A DNA stretch of 64,000 nt from Candidatus Omnitrophota bacterium (lineage in GTDB: Bacteria; Omnitrophota; Gorgyraeia; Gygaellales; Profunditerraquicolaceae), in the NCBI GenBank assembly GCA_028717245.1, contig JAQUOD010000001.1, positions 149,514 through 213,513 of the forward strand, read 5' to 3'. Under the pieces are notes generated by a model. It ran no database searches, had not been told where the DNA came from, and worked only from the letters and a program-made list of their open reading frames with translations. Both the position numbers and the translations under genes were made by a program. This document shows, one piece after another, positions 49,023 through 57,715 of this stretch (position 1 is the first letter of the stretch; the number at the start of each line of letters is the position of its first letter).

Positions 49023-50206
49023 AACCCTTGCCTCTCTTTATTTTTAACAGGGATATCGTAAAACTCTTTCTTGATGATATTTTTCAGGCCGTAATTCTTA
49101 AGGATCTTCTTAATCCTAGGTGCTGTTTTTCCGTCGCCATAGGGATTAGCAACTCCCCTAAGCATACTTTGGAATTTTCTGCTGTATAACTTCCTTATGG
49201 CATTAGTTATCTCTTTTTTTATGGGCCGACAATCTATGATACTTTTGGCCTTAATTCTGCCTTTCTGCCTATCCCCTATATTTATGGTCCCGATTTTAAA
49301 ACTGGGGGCCTCTATGATACCGCTTGAGGAATTACCCACTATGGCATCGACAAATTGCATTGTGGATAGATACAGGCGTTGCCCCATTGAGGTAAATGCA
49401 ACAGCCTTAGAGGAATTCTTTGCTACATATTCATCAATCAGCTTATTAATTATTCTTCCATCCATATCAGCATTTGCCTTAGTAAAGATAAGGGCTGTCT
49501 CCCTCAATTCATCCAAAGATTGAAGCAAACTACGAAATTGTGCTCCTGAAGTATTATTTTCCAGAGTAACCGGATGATAAGTAATTAATAAATTATGTTT
49601 ATTAAATTTAAAATGCAGTTCTTGTTCTATCGCCTTTTTTGACAAAAGCCTCAGTTTTTTTAGATTATCTAATCCCAGTGCCCCTACCTTAAAGACCCTC
49701 ACAGGGTATTCGCCCAATTGGATAACCCTTCTTCTATATTCTTCGGCAGAAGTAAAATGTAAATGGCTCATTTTGGTTATCGCATGCCTGAATGCCTCAT
49801 CAATGACGCCGAATGTCGCTTCTCCGCCATGAATATGGGCAATAGGGATTCTCAATACCAGAGCTGCAACCGCAGCAGAAAAGGCCTCAAACCTATCCCC
49901 AACAATAACGATTATATCCGGCCCTAAGGCCTTAAATGCCTTAGAAAAACTGATCAGCCCTGCCCCCACGGCCCTGCTCAATCCGAATGGGGTATCAGAA
50001 TTAAGCGAAATACCTACTTTTTTATCTATCTTAAAACCGTCCTTTTCGATTTCTTTATAGGTTGATCCGAACTCTGGCAATAAATGCATGCCGGAAACAA
50101 CAAGCTGCAGCTTTAAGGCAGGATCGTTCTTTATAACAATTAGTAAAGGCCTTAAAATACCGTATTCTGCCCTTGTTCCGGTAAAAACGCAGATTTTTCT
50201 TTTCAT
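49019..50206 (-). CDS. UDP/GDP-N-acetylhexosamine 2-epimerase (hydrolysing), NeuC/LegG-like
   Basis: The N-terminal motif ICVFTGTRAEYGILRPL and the overall 395-aa length match NeuC-family enzymes. Confidence 0.85.
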   Translation of the reverse strand: MKRKICVFTGTRAEYGILRPLLIVIKNDPALKLQLVVSGMHLLPEFGSTYKEIEKDGFKIDKKVGISLNSDTPFGLSRAVGAGLISFSKAFKALGPDIIVIVGDRFEAFSAAVAALVLRIPIAHIHGGEATFGVIDEAFRHAITKMSHLHFTSAEEYRRRVIQLGEYPVRVFKVGALGLDNLKKLRLLSKKAIEQELHFKFNKHNLLITYHPVTLENNTSGAQFRSLLQSLDELRETALIFTKANADMDGRIINKLIDEYVAKNSSKAVAFTSMGQRLYLSTMQFVDAIVGNSSSGIIEAPSFKIGTINIGDRQKGRIKAKSIIDCRPIKKEITNAIRKLYSRKFQSMLRGVANPYGDGKTAPRIKKILKNYGLKNIIKKEFYDIPVKNKERQGL

Positions 50207-51207
50207 AATTCTATTAATGAATCCTTTTTAAAAAAAAATTTTGCCATCCTGCCGATTACATCATCCCATTTCATCGGATTTAAACCAGAGGCAGGCCTTT
50301 TAGTTGTAATATTAGCTGCAGTAAAATATTCTCCCTTACTGATATTTCTTGCTGCGACTATGCTTTTACGGGCTATTATTTTATTCTTGCGTTCTGAGCA
50401 AGATGCTTTTTTGATTCCGTTACCAAGGGCCTTTTCTATATTTCTTATCCCATTTATCATTGCCTTAAGTTCTTTCGGTTCCAAAGATGCCTTATGGTCA
50501 GGACCTTTCATATTTCTATCCAGGGTAAAATGTTTCTCTATCACAAATGCGCCCAGGGCTACTGCGGCTATAGGAACCTCAATACCGATAGTATGGTCGG
50601 AATAGCCTACCCTAACCTTAAAAGCCTCTTTTATCGTGAGCATAGCGCGTAGATTGGCATCTTCAAAGGGAGTCGGATATTCGGTATTACAATGGAGTAA
50701 TGTTATTTTTTCTTTTGCCGTCCCCGCCTCAGTAAGCACATCCAGCGCGTTTTTTATCTCGCGTAGGTCCGACATACCGGTTGAAAGTATAATTTTTTTC
50801 TTCAATCTCCCGATCTTTCTCAAATATGGAAGATTGGTAATTTCCCCCGAGGGGATCTTAAACATATTAATACCGAGCTTATCCAATAGTTCAATGCTTT
50901 CTAAATCAAAAGGTGATGATAAAAATATAATCTTTTTTCTTTTACAGTAATGCATAAGCTCTTTATGGGCATCGAACGTTAATTCTAATTTCTTTATCAT
51001 TTCAAATTGAGATTCTTCCTTATCAGTGGTTTTCTTTTGGTATTCAGCCTTAGGGGCAAGCTTGGTCAGTAATCTATCGGCTTTAAATGTCTGGAATTTT
51101 ACCGCATCGGCCCCTGCTTCTACAGCTATATCAATCATTCTTTTAGCTGTTTTAATGCTCCCGTTATGGTTTACGCCTGCCTCTGCAATAATAAAAGTTT
51201 TACCCAT
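50203..51207 (-). CDS. NeuB-family nonulosonic acid synthase (LegI/NeuB-like) with a C-terminal SAF domain
   Basis: The N-terminus is FIIAEAGVNHNGSIKTAKRMIDIAVEAGADAVKFQTF. The length is 334 aa. Confidence 0.9.
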   Translation of the reverse strand: MGKTFIIAEAGVNHNGSIKTAKRMIDIAVEAGADAVKFQTFKADRLLTKLAPKAEYQKKTTDKEESQFEMIKKLELTFDAHKELMHYCKRKKIIFLSSPFDLESIELLDKLGINMFKIPSGEITNLPYLRKIGRLKKKIILSTGMSDLREIKNALDVLTEAGTAKEKITLLHCNTEYPTPFEDANLRAMLTIKEAFKVRVGYSDHTIGIEVPIAAVALGAFVIEKHFTLDRNMKGPDHKASLEPKELKAMINGIRNIEKALGNGIKKASCSERKNKIIARKSIVAARNISKGEYFTAANITTKRPASGLNPMKWDDVIGRMAKFFFKKDSLIEL

Positions 51208-51215
51208 AATAAGTC

Positions 51216-51875
51216 TTATCTATTAGCATTATATTCAAACTTATGGCCATACAATTCTATGTACGCCCCGGGCATACCAGGATAGGCAGTCGCCTTTACG
51301 CGTTTTTTTATCTCTTCCTGCGGCATAGCCGCTTCTATTCGGCATAATTCCTCTAATTCTGAGCGAGTATAGGGCTTCCTCTTCCATGTTTCGTTAGAAA
51401 AAGGAATGATATTTTTAGTGAGAATAGAGTCCATAATTTCATAAAATAAAGTGTACATACATTCGTAACTTTTTATACTTAGGGTATATACGGAATCATT
51501 TCTTAACATTGAGAATCTTTTAACCGCGATTATTTTACCGCTATCGACATTCTTTTCCATTAAATGGGCGGTAATGCCGTAATACTTTTCTTGATTGTAT
51601 ATGGCAAAATTAAAACAGCCTATACCCGGATACTCTGGCGGGCCAGGATGAAAGTTTATACTCCATAATGCTGTTTTATTTAAAATTTGCTCCGGAATTA
51701 GCCACGGAGACAAATAAGAGATTAATATATCCTGAGAGCCGTTGAGCGCCTCTAGAGGAATAGATTCTCCTCTTTCCCCTTCATAGATAGCTACAGTATC
51801 AAAGTTTTTCTTTAAGTATTCTTTCACTTCATTAACTGTGGGTTTATCCGGTTTAGTAAACAGAGCGATTTTCAT
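51216..51875 (-). CDS. Formyltransferase-family protein (putative sugar N-formyltransferase)
   Basis: The motifs SINFHPGPPEYPG and GITAHLMEKNVDSGKI match the formyl_trans_N core blocks. The length is 219 aa. Confidence 0.55.
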   Translation of the reverse strand: MKIALFTKPDKPTVNEVKEYLKKNFDTVAIYEGERGESIPLEALNGSQDILISYLSPWLIPEQILNKTALWSINFHPGPPEYPGIGCFNFAIYNQEKYYGITAHLMEKNVDSGKIIAVKRFSMLRNDSVYTLSIKSYECMYTLFYEIMDSILTKNIIPFSNETWKRKPYTRSELEELCRIEAAMPQEEIKKRVKATAYPGMPGAYIELYGHKFEYNANR

Positions 51876-51882
51876 ATTAATA

Positions 51883-52974
51883 TTAAAGCGATTCTTTTAT
51901 AATCTTACATATATAGCGTATATCGTTTTCAGAATTTAGCGTCGAACTCGGCAAGCATAAGCCTTTTTCGTAAATATAGCGAGAATTATCGTAACGTCCT
52001 TGTCTATATTTTTTATATGGAGGGAACTCTGTCACGGGCATAAAGATCCTACGCGTGGGAATTCCCTTTACACTTAATTTTCTCCTTAATATTACTATGT
52101 CAACTTTATCACCGAAAGTAATGCAGGTGAGCCAAGAAGAGCTATCTGCCCCCTCGTACTCGTCTTGAAAACGGATATTTCTGATTCCCTTCATTTCATT
52201 TCGGTAAATAGCCTTAAATCTCTTTTTCTTGGCAAGGAACCCATTCAATCTCTTTAATTGCGCCAGGCCTAAAACCGCTTCTATATTAGTCATTCTGTAA
52301 TTGAAGCCGACTTCAGGATAGAAATACCCCCTTGACTCATCCCGAGCTTGGTTTACTAAAAACTTTATGTGTCCTAATCTCTTTTTGCTATTCCCCACTA
52401 CCATACCGCCGCCACCCGTAGTTATTATTTTATTTCCGTTAAAGCTAAAACAACCCAAATCTCCATATGTCCCTGTATATTTTCCTTTATATTTTGCCCC
52501 GAGGCTCTCGGTAGCATCTTCTATCACATAAATATTGTATTTGCGTGCGATTTTCATTATTTCATCCATATTACAGGGATTACCGTAAAAATGGACAGGT
52601 ATTATTGCTCTGGTCTTTTTGGTTATTTTTTTTTCAATCTTTTCAGGAGATATGTTCCAGGTTCTTATATCCACATCTACAAAAACCGGCTTTGCCCCTA
52701 CATATATAACAGGGTTTACTGTAGCGATGAAGGTCAGATTCGGAACAATTACTTCGTCTCCTTTACCTATCCTAAGCTCATATAAGGCGATATGCAGGGC
52801 AGCTGTACCGCTCTGCGTTGAAACGGCTTTTTTTGTCTCCAAATATTTAGCAAATTTTTCTTCAAATTCTGAAACATAAGGCCCGTATGTGGAAATGAAT
52901 CCTTTATCAATAGTTGTATTAATATAATTTTTCTCCAAGCGGCCAATATTAGGGGCGTCTAGTTCAATAAACAC
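51883..52974 (-). CDS. DegT/DnrJ/EryC1/StrS-family PLP sugar aminotransferase (LegC/PseC-like)
   Basis: The sequence has the FSFNGNKIITTGGGGM lysine region. The length is 363 aa. Confidence 0.9.
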   Translation of the reverse strand: MFIELDAPNIGRLEKNYINTTIDKGFISTYGPYVSEFEEKFAKYLETKKAVSTQSGTAALHIALYELRIGKGDEVIVPNLTFIATVNPVIYVGAKPVFVDVDIRTWNISPEKIEKKITKKTRAIIPVHFYGNPCNMDEIMKIARKYNIYVIEDATESLGAKYKGKYTGTYGDLGCFSFNGNKIITTGGGGMVVGNSKKRLGHIKFLVNQARDESRGYFYPEVGFNYRMTNIEAVLGLAQLKRLNGFLAKKKRFKAIYRNEMKGIRNIRFQDEYEGADSSSWLTCITFGDKVDIVILRRKLSVKGIPTRRIFMPVTEFPPYKKYRQGRYDNSRYIYEKGLCLPSSTLNSENDIRYICKIIKESL

Positions 52975-53966
52975 TCTTTCTCTCCTAAGTCTGGCGAAGT
53001 ATTGTAGTACTTTTTATCCTCGGGGTTATTAATTAGGCCTGACTTCAATAAATTAAGAACTTCCTTTACTCCGTCTACAACTGTGAATTCCTTTCTAATG
53101 TTTAATAACCTTCGAAGCTTTGAAAAATCTACCTTATAATCCCTTAAATCATACCCACTTTTAACTAATTCTATTTTAGTTTCCGGCATAAATGTTTTAA
53201 CAATTTGGGCGATCTGTATCTTCTGATAATTCTCTTCATTGAAACCCAGGTTAAAAACATTATTCTTGACCCTTTCAAAATCTTTAACCATTTGGATAAT
53301 TATCTTGGCGGCATCAACCACATGAATATAGGGCCTTTGACTGTAAGGAAGAAAAATATCCAAATATTTCTTGGTGTGGGCATTCATCGTGAAATCATTT
53401 ACGGTCAAATCAAACCTCATTCTTGGCGAATAACCATATACGGTAGAAAGCCGGCAGATAACCCAATCTAAATTTTTAACCTTATCCAATAAATGCCTCT
53501 CCACTCCTACCTTTGTTTCTGCATATAAAGAAAGGGGCTTTAAGGGCGATTCCTCGTTTGCCATGCCTTGCGAGACTCCGTAGTTAGAACAGGTTGATAA
53601 AAATATGATGCCGGTAGCTTCTGATTTCTGAATTTTTTCTATTAACCGTATAGACATATCATAATTAATAAGGCGAGTTAATACGGGAAATTTTTTGCTC
53701 GCAGGGTCCCCCACTACTGCAGCTGCGTGGATAATAATATCTATGTCCTTTAAGAATCCATCCAGCAATTCCTCCCTGCATAAATCCTCTCTTATAAATT
53801 CATAATTAGGATTATGGGAATACTCTAAAGGAACTTCCTTATCAAACCAAAGATGGTCAACTACCCTTACTTTAAAATTATTACGCAGGGATAAATCTGC
53901 AATTACTGAGCCGATATATCCGGCTCCGCCAGTTATTAAGATCCTTTTTTTTAGATTTGTCCCCAT
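52959..53966 (-). CDS. NAD-dependent nucleotide-sugar 4,6-dehydratase/epimerase (LegB-like candidate)
   Basis: The sequence has ILITGGAGYIGSVI and the YAETK YxxxK motif. The length is 335 aa. Confidence 0.75.
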   Translation of the reverse strand: MGTNLKKRILITGGAGYIGSVIADLSLRNNFKVRVVDHLWFDKEVPLEYSHNPNYEFIREDLCREELLDGFLKDIDIIIHAAAVVGDPASKKFPVLTRLINYDMSIRLIEKIQKSEATGIIFLSTCSNYGVSQGMANEESPLKPLSLYAETKVGVERHLLDKVKNLDWVICRLSTVYGYSPRMRFDLTVNDFTMNAHTKKYLDIFLPYSQRPYIHVVDAAKIIIQMVKDFERVKNNVFNLGFNEENYQKIQIAQIVKTFMPETKIELVKSGYDLRDYKVDFSKLRRLLNIRKEFTVVDGVKEVLNLLKSGLINNPEDKKYYNTSPDLGEKECLLN

Positions 53967-53978
53967 TATTCGTATTTT

Positions 53979-55856
53979 TTAATTAACCTGATGCGCCGTT
54001 TGACTTGATAATGTTAATTCGTACAGATTATTTCTCAATCTTTCCAGGGCCTTATCATCATCAAAGGCATCGTATTCTCTTATTTCTTTCTCACTGATGA
54101 CATCTCGGCAAGTAAATCTTCCGTTTAAAATATCATTCAATTGCTTAAACAGAAGGTCTTTATCCTCAAATACAAATATGTTTTCATATTTCTTGGCGAA
54201 GGGATGGCATTTATTGCCTGTATTATCAAAATAAAGGGCGTTTTTACCGCATATCAATGCTACTGTTGACGGGCTGTTTAATCCCATACTTACACATACA
54301 TCCGAAACAGCCAAAGCTTCCTCAAAACCAAATTCTAAAGGGTTCAAATAGAAAAAGTTAGTGCAACTTGTCAAGCCATCATATATTTTTCTATATTCAG
54401 CAGCTCTCTCCCCCAGATATCTTAAGACTATTTGTTTATCAACTTTTGGTTTTAACAAAACATTGATACCCTTATTATTTCTACAGAACTCTTTTATTAT
54501 TTCCAGATATCTAAGAAAAAAACTGCTGGTAAGATGCAAGCTATCGTCAAAAGAATTATCAAAAAATGTCACTATTTTCCCCCCATTCTTGATATTAAGT
54601 TTTTGAGAAATAATTTTTTCTTTATTACCAATCGCCTGATTAAATTCCTGCTTAAATATGCATCCAATATTAATCTTGGTATCTATAAAAGTATACGCCG
54701 AGTGAAAATCATAATGTATGTCGCTCCAGGTAAAATAAATATTATGCGCGCAGAAGGCATAGCTGTATCCTTTAAAAGCGGTTAAATCGCTCCAGTTGAA
54801 AATAGTATTTTTTGCGCCATATTTGTTTAGAATAATTGTTGTTACATTATCATCGTAGTTTATTGATGAAATATTGTATTTTATCCTGTATGAATTCATT
54901 AATACTTCAATGGGAAAACACCTTTTATGGAATAAAAATATATAATAGAATAGGTATGATTTTTTGTTTAAGAGCAATCGTAAGTAAGTTGCTAAAGGTA
55001 GTAAAAAATAGAAGGACAAAATATCAAAAATATTTTTGTTGATATTAATCCTTAATTCCGGCACAGAAACAGTATCAAAACCTCTTTTATTTGCTTCTTT
55101 AAAAAAATTATCAACTCGGTCTTGGTATCGGTTATTAAATTCCAATATTAACAAATCGCTTTTCTTAAATTTAATATTATCTACCACGATATCATCCCTT
55201 AGTGTCTTTTGGTAGAACCCTGATGCAGCTTCTTTGGATATTTTATAGTCCTTTATACTTTTGTTAAAAACCACCCCCCTTCTAATGAATTCTATAAATA
55301 ACCATCCGTAATATAAGCATAGAAAAAACGGTTCCCACAAAAGAAATACATGCTTTATCTTATATTTAACTCCGTATTTTGCTTCCATGTATCCAAGCAT
55401 AAAATCATTAATAGGGTTTTTACTGATCAGTATAGCTCTCTCTTTTAAACCAGATAACCTCACTGAATGCAAACTCTTTAATAAGATAAACACATGGTTT
55501 GAAATTTCCCTCTTTATATATGCTTCAAATTTGTCTGTATTAAGAATTCTATTGTAATAGCTAATGACTTTATTATCATTTCCAATTATTTTATTGTAAA
55601 AATTATTAGTTAAATCCACTGTTTCCGCGTGAATTTCATATATTAAACCCTCATAATCTTCTAAACATGTTTTATATTCTTTAACTGATTTTTTAACATA
55701 TCCCCTGACAAAAGGAATAAGGTTTATGCACGGGGGTATTTGAGAACCGATTATTGTCAAGCAATGATTCCTGATCCAGCACCATAAAATAATATTCAAA
55801 TTTTCAAACTCGTTTCTTCCGAATAAAGCGATATAATTTTTTCTAATGCTTAGCAT
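53979..55856 (-). CDS. Orphan 625-aa protein with a TagB/TagF-like GT-B C-terminal motif. It is a paralog-like relative of 23705-25516 and 55860-57695.
   Basis: The C-terminal segment is SDVCVSMGLNSPSTVALICGKNALYF (D-x-h-h-[ST]-x-x-x-S-[ST]...GK-x-h). Confidence 0.4.
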   Translation of the reverse strand: MLSIRKNYIALFGRNEFENLNIILWCWIRNHCLTIIGSQIPPCINLIPFVRGYVKKSVKEYKTCLEDYEGLIYEIHAETVDLTNNFYNKIIGNDNKVISYYNRILNTDKFEAYIKREISNHVFILLKSLHSVRLSGLKERAILISKNPINDFMLGYMEAKYGVKYKIKHVFLLWEPFFLCLYYGWLFIEFIRRGVVFNKSIKDYKISKEAASGFYQKTLRDDIVVDNIKFKKSDLLILEFNNRYQDRVDNFFKEANKRGFDTVSVPELRININKNIFDILSFYFLLPLATYLRLLLNKKSYLFYYIFLFHKRCFPIEVLMNSYRIKYNISSINYDDNVTTIILNKYGAKNTIFNWSDLTAFKGYSYAFCAHNIYFTWSDIHYDFHSAYTFIDTKINIGCIFKQEFNQAIGNKEKIISQKLNIKNGGKIVTFFDNSFDDSLHLTSSFFLRYLEIIKEFCRNNKGINVLLKPKVDKQIVLRYLGERAAEYRKIYDGLTSCTNFFYLNPLEFGFEEALAVSDVCVSMGLNSPSTVALICGKNALYFDNTGNKCHPFAKKYENIFVFEDKDLLFKQLNDILNGRFTCRDVISEKEIREYDAFDDDKALERLRNNLYELTLSSQTAHQVN

Positions 55857-55859
55857 AAA

Positions 55860-57695
55860 TTACTTCCCATTATGCTGAAAAACGCAGCATTCTAACTTAG
55901 AATACAAAGAACTATCTGACAATTTAATATCTACTTGATATTGTTTACCATCGGACTCCAGAAAATCTTTAATAAGCGGCTTAATATCATTAAATTCTTG
56001 GAATGTAGTGAGGCTTTTACCAAAGAATTCTCTGGCGCCTTTCCTAATGGAAAGGCCTTCCCTAACAAAAGCTAATACCGGAATCTTATTTACTGCTGCC
56101 TGGTAAAAGGAAGAGCTTGGATTGTCGGTTAAAAACATATCGCAATTTTTCAAATTTGTTAATAAGGAATCCATCCTAGCAGAAACATTTGTAAACTTTC
56201 TGGTTGTAATATATTTATAAATTGGGCTTATATTCCCGCTATTTAATGTCGGCAGGCCTTTCCAGATAAAATCATAATCGGTTAACGTAGACAGAAAATC
56301 TATCAATTGTAATTGAAATCTGTAATACCATGTGGATGTATATTCAGCCCCGTCCAGCCTGTTTATTGTTTCCTGAAAAAAGCCCGGCGCATAAAGTATT
56401 CTTTTCTTCCTTTTATTAATAGATTTACGCCTTATCCGCGATAACTTTAACCAATCAACATTAATCATAATTTTGGTCTGATACCCCCTACGCTTAGTTA
56501 CCATTTCAAAATATTCTTTCCCTTCATCGTCATTGGCGAAAAAAATATCTGCAAAACGAAGCTCTGTTATATCCCACATTAAATTTGCGAAAACATTACC
56601 TCCATGGCAGCCGGAGACATTTGTAATACTAGCACTGTTTTTCCCCAGATGCACCAGGGCCTCGTTTACCGTTAAGTTATTCAGGTAAGGATAAATAATA
56701 TACTTAAGATTAACTTTTTCTGTAAAAGACAAAAGGGTATCATAAAATGCGGTTAACTTAGGAATATAACTCTCAAAAAGATAATCTATGCGCGGTTTAA
56801 TCAGGTTTTTAAAATCGATACCGCAGAGTTCTTTCCAGGTGTCAAAAATAAAGTCTGAAATCATACTTTTCTCACGTGGCGGATTAAAAGTCTTATTTAT
56901 CAAAAAATCTATTTCTATCTTTGCGCTTGGTGAATACCTATAAATCTTTTCATCTTCCTTTTTTATAAAAACATTCCAACCGTTTTTATAGAAATCCTTA
57001 ATCCACAGCCTTACCCCATAATCAGTCCCTATAAAAAGAACTGATTTGTTGGCATGGATTTTTGACCTGCCATTTAGCTTGCATTTAATTCCGGTCAATA
57101 AACTATCTATTGCAAAGCGTAACTGCCGCACAATAACCTTAGTTTTTCCAGAACAAGGCACTCTTTTCCTCAATCCGGGAGAAGGCAATAGATGATTAAT
57201 AATTTTTATATCCTTATTTTTACAAATAACCGGCAATACATGATAAAATACTGAATTATCTACCATATAAATCCTATCATCAATATATTCTTTAAAATTA
57301 TAGCCATAATATACTATTGACTTACAAGAAAATTTATCGAGTATTTTCTCTATAAGTTTTGTATAAATATAAATGGGGTCAAGCAGCAACCTTAAATTAT
57401 AGAAAAGAAGATCGCCTATTTCTAAATTTCTAGCTTTAACCTCGGCTATTTCTTTAAAAACCCTATTTAATTCTTGAGAAATTAACAACTCTGTATTAAA
57501 TAATTTCTCCGACATCCGATAGAAAACGGTTAATTCTGATTCAGACAGGCAATCTTCAAGAATTAGGTAGGATATATTTCTCCTACCTAATTCAAAACAT
57601 ACATCAGGATTTAAAGCTACTATTTTTAAGCCGCCCGCCATGAGGTCCCTATCAAACCTCTCAGCAAAAATAAGCGTAGTAGTATTATTTACCAT
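55860..57695 (-). CDS. Orphan 611-aa protein with a TagB/TagF-like GT-B C-terminal motif
   Basis: The C-terminal segment CDMFLTDNPSSSFYQAAVNKIPVLAF closely matches the DxLITDYSS...KP[IV] signature of CDP-glycerol glycerophosphotransferases. Confidence 0.45.
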   Translation of the reverse strand: MVNNTTTLIFAERFDRDLMAGGLKIVALNPDVCFELGRRNISYLILEDCLSESELTVFYRMSEKLFNTELLISQELNRVFKEIAEVKARNLEIGDLLFYNLRLLLDPIYIYTKLIEKILDKFSCKSIVYYGYNFKEYIDDRIYMVDNSVFYHVLPVICKNKDIKIINHLLPSPGLRKRVPCSGKTKVIVRQLRFAIDSLLTGIKCKLNGRSKIHANKSVLFIGTDYGVRLWIKDFYKNGWNVFIKKEDEKIYRYSPSAKIEIDFLINKTFNPPREKSMISDFIFDTWKELCGIDFKNLIKPRIDYLFESYIPKLTAFYDTLLSFTEKVNLKYIIYPYLNNLTVNEALVHLGKNSASITNVSGCHGGNVFANLMWDITELRFADIFFANDDEGKEYFEMVTKRRGYQTKIMINVDWLKLSRIRRKSINKRKKRILYAPGFFQETINRLDGAEYTSTWYYRFQLQLIDFLSTLTDYDFIWKGLPTLNSGNISPIYKYITTRKFTNVSARMDSLLTNLKNCDMFLTDNPSSSFYQAAVNKIPVLAFVREGLSIRKGAREFFGKSLTTFQEFNDIKPLIKDFLESDGKQYQVDIKLSDSSLYSKLECCVFQHNGK

Positions 57696-57715
57696 CGTCT
57701 TTAAAAGTTTAAATT

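Noticed and set aside
23705-57695. Assignment of the three orphan proteins of about 600 aa as Maf (motility accessory factor) flagellin glycosyltransferases
   Set aside because: The position next to Pse/Leg-like genes is suggestive, but I cannot recognise the MAF_flag10 motifs from memory. The only motif I can actually see is TagF-like, so I report them as TagB/TagF-like and leave Maf as a hypothesis to test.
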